DNA of 60,778 nucleotides, the filler included, from Circinaria calcarea (Eukaryota): the NCBI GenBank assembly GCA_051942165.1. It is 9 parts of 9 records of this genome, joined end to end, with 100 filler letters (N's around TTAATTAATTAA, not from the genome) between each part and the next. Parts side by side here need not be neighbours in the genome. Positions count along the whole stretch, not along the records: positions 47,378 to 54,030 come from JAVECS010001526.1; positions 54,131 to 60,778 come from JAVECS010001527.1; 7 more parts are not named here. One strand, given 5' to 3'. Shown here piece by piece: positions 51,194-60,778 of the stretch. Made by a program: the position numbers and the translations under genes. The notes beneath the pieces were generated by a model, which saw only the letters and a list, made by a program, of their open reading frames with translations, had not been told where the DNA came from and did not search any database. How positions within the stretch are numbered: the first letter of the stretch is position 1; each line of letters starts with the position of its first letter.

Positions 51194-51810
51194 AAGAGTG
51201 AAGGTAGAGATGGGATACTTAATCGCAGAGCTTGGCAATTAGATAGTACTTCTGACTGTATTCACCAGTACTACGTTCCGCAAGGTTTACTCTCTCATGG
51301 TCGCAAAGCCAGCTTTATTTTGCTTCGCTTTATTAGAAGACTCGTAGGACGAGCTGATGCTAATTCCGTCCACCACAAGCACTTCTCGCCTTGAAATCCC
51401 ATGAGTCACGTGACACAGCAGTGGGCGACAACCCTTCCCTACCTCCTTCGTAATCTTATTCACAAGCTGCGAGCTCCTCCTCGTGGAACCGCACCTCATG
51501 ATGACCTGTAAAATCGGGCTGGTTGTTCAGATAAGGCGTCTGAAGTCTTTCCCTATTTCCCCCATGAGGTCATCGGAACCAAAAGAGCCTTTCACCCGGT
51601 GGAGCGGAGAAACGTCGACTACTTCCTTTACCCCGGTAGCCCCCTTTGGCGCTTCATGGGCTTGCAACGGGGCGGGGACAAGACGAAGGCGATAGGGAAG
51701 AAGGCGGAGTGGATGCTTCAATCGACTGTTGTTTACGAATAATCCGACTGGCGCTGTCACACTCCATTTATCCCATGACCACGTAGGAAGTGACCCTCCC
51801 GGCCTTATGG

Positions 51811-51828
51811 ACCGAGGCTCCCCTCGGT
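51811..51828. promoter_or_regulatory. Inverted pair of CCTCGG (FarA/FarB, Ctf1-type) motifs upstream of carnitine acetyltransferase
   Basis: ACCGAGG-CTCC-CCTCGGT about 320 bp upstream of the ATG; CCTCGG is the established FarA/FarB core site in Aspergillus fatty-acid catabolism promoters. Confidence 0.55.
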
Positions 51829-52147
51829 ACGTTGCTCTGCCTCTAATATCGTATAAGAGTCGCCTATTTTCCCTGGACTTTGGTGTTTCCACCTTTGATC
51901 CTGCGCGACATCTGCAGGTTATTTGTTCATAGCGTGGGAGAACACCCATTAAACCGATGCGCTGCTTGTCCTGTACCTCTACCTCGAATATTTTGCTATA
52001 AAATTATTTCCACTTACAGAAACATTTTCCAAGCCAATGCCTCTCTATTGCTTGCACGATTGTCACTATTTCTACCGTAGTGCACTCCGATTACTGTCCA
52101 TACCAACCTTCATTTCCCCTTGTACACTTGACTGAGTAGCTCCCACC

Positions 52148-54030
52148 ATGGCAGTGCGAACCTTTACGATGTCCACATCGCTGAATGAATCTTTGGCCTC
52201 TTCCCAGCCTCCTAACTCTAGCACTCAACCTCTCTCCACCAATGACGAAGGGAAGAAAGCCCACTCGGCGGCAGAAGGAGAGCCGTTGGCTTCGCACAAG
52301 CCAAAAGGCAAGCCTGGAATGACCTATGCAGGCCAAGATAAGCTCCCTAAGCTACCGATACCAGAGCTCAAGGACACTTGTAGGAAATACATTGAGGCTT
52401 TAAAGCCGCTACAGAGTCGACGAGAACAGGAAGAAACTGCTGCTGCGGTACAGGAGTTCCTGAAGGGCGATGGACCAGAATTGCAGGAACGGTTGAAGAA
52501 ATATGCAACCGGCAAGACCAGCTACATCGAGCAGTTCTGTAGGTCCTTAATTTCCTTACTGCGTATTCCTTACACGGAAGGGGATTGATGATATCTATAG
52601 GGTACGACTCATATTTGAACTTCGACAACCCGGTTGTCTTGAACTTGAATCCCTTCTTTCTGCTCGAAGACGATCCGACTCCCGCTCGAAACAACCAAGT
52701 TACTCGTGCCGCCTCTCTCGCGATTTCTGCCCTCTCGTTTGTACGAGCTGTAAGAAAGGAGGAGCTACCACCTGACACCGTTCGTGGCCAGCCGCTAGAC
52801 ATGTATCAGTACTCAAGGTTGTTTGGTGCCGCTCGAATACCGACCGAGCATGGTTGCCATATCGGTCAGGATGACGAGGTAAAGCATATGGTTGTGCTTT
52901 GTAGAGGGCAATTCTATTGGTTTGACGTACTAGACGATAATTCAGATCTGATAATGACAGAAAAGGACATGGCTCTTAATCTCCAAGTCATAGTTGACGA
53001 TGCCATACAAACCCCCATACAAGAAGCTGCCAAAGGCGCACTGGGTGTCCTAAGTACCGAGAATCGCAAGATTTGGGCTGGACTCAGAGACGTTCTAACG
53101 CGGGAGGAGGACTCAAACAACGCCGAATGCCTTGCTACTGTTGACTCTGCGTTGTTCATTCTCTGCCTTGACTACACTGAACCCCTGACCGGTGAAGAAC
53201 TGTGCGGGAACATGCTATGCGGTACCAGCGAAGTTGTACGCGGGGTTCAAATTGGGACTTGCACGAACCGGTGGTACGATAAGCTGCAGATCATTGTCTG
53301 CAAGAATGGAAGTGCTGGAATCAACTTCGAACATACTGGTGTCGACGGCCATACAGTTCTACGAATGGCCAGTGATGTTTATACTGACACGATACTACGT
53401 TTTGCTAAGAGTATCAATGGTCAGGCTCCAAGTCTCTGGGCATCTACAAGTCCAGATCCATCAAAGAGAGATCCAGACAGTTTTGGAGACGTCAGTACCA
53501 CACCCCACAAGTTAGAGTGGGACATGTTACCGGAGCTCAGTACAGCTTTGCGATTTGCAGAGACAAGATTGGCGGATCTGATTCAGCAGAACGAATTTCA
53601 AACGCTGGACTTTAGTGCCTATGGGAGCAACTTTATTAAATCTATGGGCTTCTCACCGGATGCATTTGTCCAAATGGCATTCCAGGCCGCCTACTACGGT
53701 CTCTACGGTCGAGTAGAATGTACATACGAACCCGCCATGACCAAAGCATATCTCCACGGGCGCACTGAAGCCATCAGATCGGTAACCAAAGAATCCCTCG
53801 ATTTCGTCCAAACATTCTGGGCGGAAAATCCGCCTCACCAGAAAATCGAGGCGTTGAAAAAGGCGACGCAGAAGCACACTGTAAACACTAAAGAATGCTC
53901 CAAAGCCCTCGGCCACGACCGCCACCTCTACGCCCTCTTCTGCGTCTGGCAACGTGCCCTCGACGACGAAGGCGCCGAAGCCGCCAGCAGCAACGGCATG
54001 AGCTCCAACGGCCGCTCCAGCCCCACCGAC
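52148..54030 (+). CDS. facC: Carnitine O-acetyltransferase, FacC/Yat1 type (3' truncated); intron 52539-52600
   Basis: QDKLPKLPIPEL, YIEQFW|YDSYLNFDNPVVLNLNPFF, GTCTNRWYDKLQIIV, catalytic FEHTGVDGHTVLR, SPDAFVQMAFQ, TYEPAMT, GRTEAIR, GHDRHL. Confidence 0.95.
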
Positions 54031-57000
54031 NNNNNNNNNNNNNNNNNNNNNNNNNNNNNNNNNNNNNNNNNNNNTTAATTAATTAANNNNNNNNNNNNNN
54101 NNNNNNNNNNNNNNNNNNNNNNNNNNNNNNATGATAGGAACACATTGCTCCGCATATCCTCAGGAGAGCCGGCAATGGGTTATCTTTGGGCTGCGATCCG
54201 ACCAACCTAGGAACCAAAATGTTGTGTTACCCGGGGCAAACGTCTCAAGGCATGTATGGTCACATCTTAGCTAATGCAAGAAGAAACGCCGCAGGGGCAC
54301 ATGAATTTTATGATGTAATGCTGCTGCATAATGCTTGGTTTGGATAGTATCCTATTCTTGATTGGTCATTATAGGCAACAACTGTCAAAATTGCACGAAT
54401 CGCGCCAGAATATTCGAAGTAATGCAAGCAGAAGCCACGCCACACTAATGCACTTTGGCTGGTTTCAAATCAAGCCGCCCTTTCCTAATAGAAACATTGT
54501 GACTGGCAGACCTGAAGCTTGCGAGGCTAGAGTGCACGATAACGGGGGCGATAAAGTCAAGAAAGCAGAGGAAGGCCACATCCACAAGAGATGGACTCAG
54601 CCTCGTGATGAATCGAGACTACCATCGAGAGATTGCAATGCTGAGAGATTCTGGAGATTATATAGGAGGGTTTATTGAAGGGATACTGTGCTAGATCTGG
54701 CACCAGCTTCCGTATTCCAGCATCCATTGCAAAGATTGCTGGGATACGCATTATTAGCATAAGCTTTGTCGGTCTCGGATAATGTTCCATGTGTGTCCAT
54801 GATAGACAAATAGGCTGAAAATTCGTATGCCATAGAATAGTGAATCCCCGGCTGGGGCGTCGATCCCCTAAGTGTCTATTTCAAAGTCAGCCGGACCATA
54901 TGATCCCGATGTAAAGGGAAACCAAAGTGCGATTGATCTATGCCTTCATGCAAGAACTCCCCGTACTGCCTTCCAACCATGATAAAGACCGATCTCCCAT
55001 ATTCTGCTTCCACAGGGATGGAGAACGGTACTAGACTCCTGACACAGCATCGCAGGCATCTCTATACGTCAGTTGTACCATCTGTTTGGGCTGATGCAGT
55101 AGATCAGCGGAACCTGAGCTAGGCATGGGATATAAGTGAAAAAGGCGGCAAGACGGGCTGTAGCGAAGGGAGCACAGGCATATGTCCGCCTTGTGGCGGA
55201 GACGAGGGTTGCCTTAGCTGCAAAGTGGCTACTAGCTCACATGCCCCCACTAATCTAATAACATGTTTTGGCTCAATTAGTATCCCATCCGAACACTCAC
55301 ATGACAATCTTATCAACAACCAATATGAAAGCATAGGATAGGAGAATAGGACATACTTGCCCATTGCTAGACCCAGGGAGTCATTACGGAACAACAATAT
55401 GAAGGTTTCTGTCTATCTTTGCCGGACACCCTGCAACCTCACACCCACGCCTACAGCTCAGCAGATGCAGACGAACGACATGATATGCCTTGTTAAGATA
55501 AGACAAAAAGGGTTAACAGGTAGTAGACCTTGAATAAATACTGGTCTGTAAAGATTCCAAACTTCGAGAAGAGAAAGAGGGGCACTATAGTGTAAACGTT
55601 TGTGGTATAGGTTTATGGAAAGTTGGGAACCGTCGATATCTGATTTTCATTCGTTGTATGGCTTCGTCAAGATCCACTGAGCTATCTACTGCATCCCTCT
55701 CCGGCGAATGAGGCTCATTGCAAGGGGAATGAGATGACTCATACGGACACTGCCACCTGCAAAATAGTGAAGCCGAAGAAACGACTGTATGGTACCTATA
55801 TCTCCAGTCGTAATCTATCAGGAACTAGTCCGAAGGCCTTGCGCTGGGGTGAAAGAATTAGGGAAAGTTATATTAGTTCGCTAAGCTGCACTCTCCGATA
55901 TTTGGCGTGTGTGGAGTGCAAAAGGTGGTAGCAGTGCGAGTCTTGAGGTTTTGGAAAAGTACAATGATATTGACACCGAGGCGAACCATCAGTATGAATC
56001 CTGTCTCATGAAAAGATCCTGCTGGGTAACAGAGCGTATTATCACTTATGCAAGCTCCATTTCATTGAATATGACAGTAAGAGCTCTTGAGATGACAATG
56101 GTCCGACTAAATTGGGGATACATCATCTATCTTCCTGTCCACAATCTTCTTGCATCGGTTATAGGGATATTCAGGTCTGCTGAGGAGCTTAGCCGACCAG
56201 TGGGGCGGTAGGCTTTTGCATATGCATTGGTTCTTGCATTCTACCAATTCCGTGGTTCCTCAGTATCCACATTGAAAGAGAATCATAGGATATCGCCTGG
56301 AAACTCTGCTTTTAGGGCCGGATGTATTCCCGGAGTGGCATCACAAGCAGCAGCAGCTGTACGATTCGTGCTGAGGTTACTCGCCAAGAATGCACCGATG
56401 AAAGTCCAGATAGCGCGAGGCCTGAAAACAGATCCGTATGACATCAAGATCGAAGGAATGCAGTACGCTGACCAGGGAGGGTTGATTCCGAGTCTTAAGC
56501 ACGATCCGCCGTGCCACTATACCAACCACTGAATTGCACGTAACTTGTGGCGACAATAAGCAGGTGCAGTAGGACCGGGGAATGTTCCCTCGATTTCTCT
56601 ATGGGGGGAGAAGCTTGATAACCACGGACGAGTGGGCGAGGGTGTTTCGGGGATAGGTCCGTGTTAGCCTGTCTGAACCCGGATCGCATGCCTGCGCCCA
56701 ACGGAGTCATTGGAAAAGGCACACGATCGTGATTTGCCGGAGCAATTGTGGTACCGAGTAATGGGGTGGCGAATCCACTGTCCAAACATCATTTCCGCCA
56801 AGACCCCTTAGCGACTTTAAGGGGAGGCCTCCGTCCTCGTCTTCGGGAGCGATCAAGCTCCGACCCCCGGCATGCATCTTCGTGTCGAGGGGTTCGTCAT
56901 CCGTAAACATTTCATCACCAAAACCCGGGCAATGCACGATGGCGTATTCACATCACTCCACAAATGACAGCCTTGGCCCGCTTCCAAAGATGAAGATGTA

Positions 57001-57304
57001 GATGTCATCGATGATCCCACGGAAAGTGGGCCTATGACTGCTTGGGCCTCGTTGGAACGGAACTCGCATTTCCGTCTTCCTTTCCTTCTACTCACGTCAC
57101 CACTTTTCACTCACGCATAAGATGAGCATGTGACGGCAATTCTCCCCCGCACAAGTGCTTCAAAGACTTTGCTATATAGATCCCGTCATGCTTCCTCTTC
57201 AAAACTCCATCAAGTCCTCCATCAAACATCAGAATCTCCTCAAACTCCACAAACAAACCCAATTCATCCACCAATCCACCAAGTTATCTTTTAAACCATC
57301 CACC

Positions 57305-57577
57305 ATGAGCACCATGAGCAGCACAAACGAACACGGCCAAGGTGCCTCCCACGCTACCGGCGACTCGGTTGTCCCCGACAAGGTCCAAGACGTTGCCCCC
57401 AAAGGCCTCGAAAAATCCCTCCCTGACACTGTTCACGACACCAGCAGCAGCACCAGTGGCAACCAGGGTGCTCACAGCCACGCTACCGGGCCCAGCAAGG
57501 TCCCCGAGGCTATTCAGAAGGTTGCCCCAGAGGGATTGGAGAGAGCGCTACCCGAGTCGATCCACCCCACTAAGTAG
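57305..57577 (+). CDS. Small hydrophilic protein (90 aa) made of two SHATG..VP..Q..P.GLE..LP..H.T repeats
   Basis: CACCATG start context, upstream TATA-like CTATATAG (~57172) and CA-rich leader, C-ending codon bias, clear internal duplication. Confidence 0.8.
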   Translation: MSTMSSTNEHGQGASHATGDSVVPDKVQDVAPKGLEKSLPDTVHDTSSSTSGNQGAHSHATGPSKVPEAIQKVAPEGLERALPESIHPTK

Positions 57578-59736
57578 GAGATTGGTTTGGACTGTGAACA
57601 ACAGCTTGGCATGGCAAGGTGTGGTCGCTCGCAGGATGATCGGGAGGAGTGGGCTTGAGATGTGTGGAGGGAATAATGGATGGGACAAGTGAAACGTTTT
57701 CATGTTGACTGGTGTGTCATATGATGGACTTGTATAGTATATGCGCGCCTTCAATGTCAATACTGTTCCAATCCACTGTTGAACATGATTATCATCATAT
57801 TGCGCTGAGTGCAAGTGTGATCAATCTGCCGTTGGGTATGAAGAAACTTTCGAGTGTACTTGGCCCTTCAGCATAGAAAACGCAATATGCTGTCTATAGT
57901 GTACACGTCGTTGGGAGGTAAGTTGTATCCCCATTGAATATGTTGTTTTATCTATTCTATTTTCATATTCTCGATGCTTGTCTCTAATAATTATGGCTCT
58001 TCCCCTCGTTTCTCCTTATCACCTCGTCTCCTCCCTTGGTATGAACTGCCGCGGCTCCTACTATTAACTCTAGTTCCTCCGTTTTCTCCAAATCTAACAT
58101 CGTCTTTTCTTTTTATGCCGACTCCTCCACGGCGTCCCTCCCGCTTACATTTACGGCCCTGGCGGTCCCTTCCTCTGCATCCTTTCCGAGTGCATCACAA
58201 ACGATGGTTATTGCGCCTTCACCCAAGGGTCCCACGTAATTGCCGGCATCAACGCGAGTTTTTGCCCTCGAGAAACTGGAGCAGTTGGCCAGCAGGGGTA
58301 CATGGTGCGCGGCAGTGTACCGTTGGAGAAGGGAATAATCCGGATACGGAGGGGATATTGACGGTGAATCTTGTGGCGGGGGGAGATGTGTATGGAGGGT
58401 TTATCCACTGACGTTTATACCGCCGGAGTGGCCGGGTGAGCGGTAAAATAGTGTCTATGTATCGTGTCGGGCTGTTCATATATTTTCGAGTACATGTTGG
58501 AAAAGTATGCCTTACACGACTCTATCCGAATTAGTCATTATCAAATGCAAACCTTCTGTCTCTTCCTGATGGTAATATACAACTATGTTTGTGGATTCAA
58601 AATCTACTCCGGGCATAATGCTCGATTCCATGGCAAGGTCGTCGCAAATTGAAAACAAGGCTGCTGAGTAGCAGTCATTGCTTAAAACAACTGTATCGTA
58701 AGGTACTGGACTGGTGGATCCGTCATGTAGGAATCAATACTGTTTGAAATGTTTACAAAGACTCCAACCTAACAGGTAGTGGGACGGTGGCACATTCATA
58801 CTCTGAACTGTCTTTCATCGGCAACGACTTTCGTACACAGGCTTCCAACCTAACCCACGGTTTGGCCATTTGGTCACGTAGGCTCCCCTTTACTCATCTA
58901 ACCATACTAGGTGCTTAGGTATTACTGTAGGCAAGCTAATCGGTGAATTAAAGCCGCGCGAGCATGCAAAATATAAATATACTTTTGAGCATAATTGATT
59001 AATGCATCGCGAACAGTAGGTAGGCACTTCTCCGTAGGGGAGCCGCTTTCAGCATATAGTGGTAGAAGGCCCTGGCAACGCACTCGGTGGCGCTATGATA
59101 GCCGGAATTTCCAGTTATCCGGACCGAATCTAGGCGCTACTGCACCTATCTATCCTGTGGTATGTTTTATCTACTTCACATCTTCAGCAATAATTAGCAT
59201 GGCTGAATGCAGACTCCAGTCTCTTCTTTTCCATTGCTACTCCATTATAAATTGGTGTCTCATGCTTCAAGAGTTCGCTGATATTTCATGTCGTTGTTGA
59301 TAATGGGTCTATGGATGTTTGCAATCAGCCACATAGTAACAACATACCGTTCCTTTATTCACTGTTTTCGGACTCGATGTCATTTTATATATGCAGTTTT
59401 AATAATGCGCTCAAGTTAAATATGTTTTAAATTACTTCCGCATCTGGTCCAAAAGGTAAACTTTTACTGTACTTGCTAACAATCTCTTTGATAGGCTTTC
59501 ATCCTTTCTCATTGATTTCTGCCCCTACATGCAAAGCTTTCAGAGTTATTCCGGATTCATAGGCTCGTTTCTTTGTAGACGTGGGTCGTAAATGTGATGC
59601 TGTTTTCAGCATGAATGTTGATCCTCTTATAATACGGAAATTCCCCTTGGAAGACAAGCTAGGTCTCGGTCTTTTCCATCTTATCCCCTACTATACTCTT
59701 GCGTTAGAAGACAAATAGAGCACATATCTTTATATC

Positions 59737-60778
59737 ATGGACGAAGACCAAGCAGAGGAGATTTTAAACCACAGACCCTGTTTCACCATCCCAGGGAAAG
59801 AAGGAGTAAGCCTTGCTGCGGGGCAAGTCATAGTCAAACGAGTCCTTGGCGTAGGAGGTCAAGGTTCGGCCTTTCTCGTCGGCGGTGAGAACTCTCGCCG
59901 GCTCTACGTAGCCAAAGTCCTCGCCCCCGAGGCCCTGTCCGACACCGACACTTTCAGCGATGAACTAGTCAAGGGTCCCGAGAAAGCAACGGAAGCACGC
60001 ATTCTCCTTAAATATTTGAAAGAACCCAGCGAGCGAATTATCTCTTTGCTCGCCATGAACATGAGTCACAACCACGCAGTACTCTATTATGAGTTTTGTG
60101 ACGCCGGGGATCTTCAAAAAGTAATGACTGGGTTCTGGAAGCACCGCCAGCACGTTCCAGAAGGCTTTCTATGGCATGTATTTGGCCAACTGACCGAAGC
60201 CGTTGCCTTCATCCATCGCGCCAGTCCAGACCCGGCAGCCACATGGGGTCCCGTTCTCCATTGCGATCTTAAACCCCCAAATGTTTTCCTTAAATGGGTA
60301 ACAGGCGACTACCTCCACGCGAGATACCCTAATGTTATGCTGGGAGACTTTGGACTTGCAACGCCACTACGAAGGGGTCTACTGGCAAGGCCCTACGAGA
60401 ATGGGACTCCGCCCTACTGCGCTCCAGAGTGGCCTCGGACTAGCCGCAAAAGCGACGTGTGGGGGATAGGTATGTTTTTACCGTAGCTTTTTAAAAAAAT
60501 CTTTTCGCTAAATTTTCTTTAAAAAAAGGGGCTGTAATGCATGCTGTCTGCCACCGAGGGCTACCACCAATCAAACGTGGTGCACCAAAGGAACAAGGAC
60601 AAGGGACGAAGAGGAAGAGAGGAGAAGCGCGCGGAAGAAAAAAGGCCCCAGTACCTATCGCCAACATTGTTGAGCAGGACCCTTTCGAAGACATCTCACA
60701 AGCAAGGATGAATTCTTTTCAGACCCCACGCTACCCTCACGATGCTCCCCCACATCTCTCAAGAATATTCCGAAACAC
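59737..60778 (+). CDS. Ser/Thr protein kinase, divergent NIMA/NEK-like (3' truncated); intron 60470-60528
   Basis: LGVGGQG, YVAK, YYEFCDAGDL, VPEGFLWHVFGQL, HCDLKPPNVFL, LGDFGLA, GTPPYCAPE, SDVWGIG|AVMH; frame stays open to the window end. Confidence 0.9.

Noticed and set aside
55909..56211. SCLMKRSCWVTERII loosely like the HET-associated 'L..R.W..QER' motif
   Set aside because: Match too weak and no HET domain motifs nearby.
1..60778. tRNA, rRNA, CRISPR array, TPP riboswitch, intact transposase or reverse transcriptase
   Set aside because: None recognised by eye; an Infernal/tRNAscan/RepeatMasker run would be needed to exclude them formally.

Overview
This is eukaryotic DNA from a filamentous ascomycete (Pezizomycotina: GT-AG introns with CTRAC/CTAAC branch sites, fungal EF-3), not a prokaryote. 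It is also not one locus. Nine contigs of decreasing length (6675, 6674, 6671, 6670, 6663, 6663, 6661, 6653, 6648 bp) are joined by 100-bp N44-TTAATTAATTAA-N44 spacers, so adjacency across spacers is meaningless. Recognisable genes by contig: (1) a fungal-luciferase (Luz)-family homolog and a DUF3405 protein; (2) mitochondrial S12, a GT15 KRE2/MNT1 mannosyltransferase and PAT1; (3) casein kinase I and a Tea1/Kel1 C-terminus; (4) an Ecl1-family gene; (5) a frameshifted HeLo-like/ankyrin gene and the start of EF-3; (6) two divergent P450s, one a pseudogene; (7) a DUF1996 protein, a Lys/Arg-rich hypothetical protein and a small four-exon mitochondrial-type gene only partly visible in the ORF track; (8) a FacC/Yat1 carnitine acetyltransferase; (9) a small two-repeat protein and a NIMA-like kinase. 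The most notable observations are the Luz-like gene in an ascomycete outside a bioluminescence cluster, a His6-encoding uORF upstream of ECL1, and three splice-dependent C-termini plus a long AUG-free leader for CK1. Family assignments come from motif recognition from memory; no database search was run.
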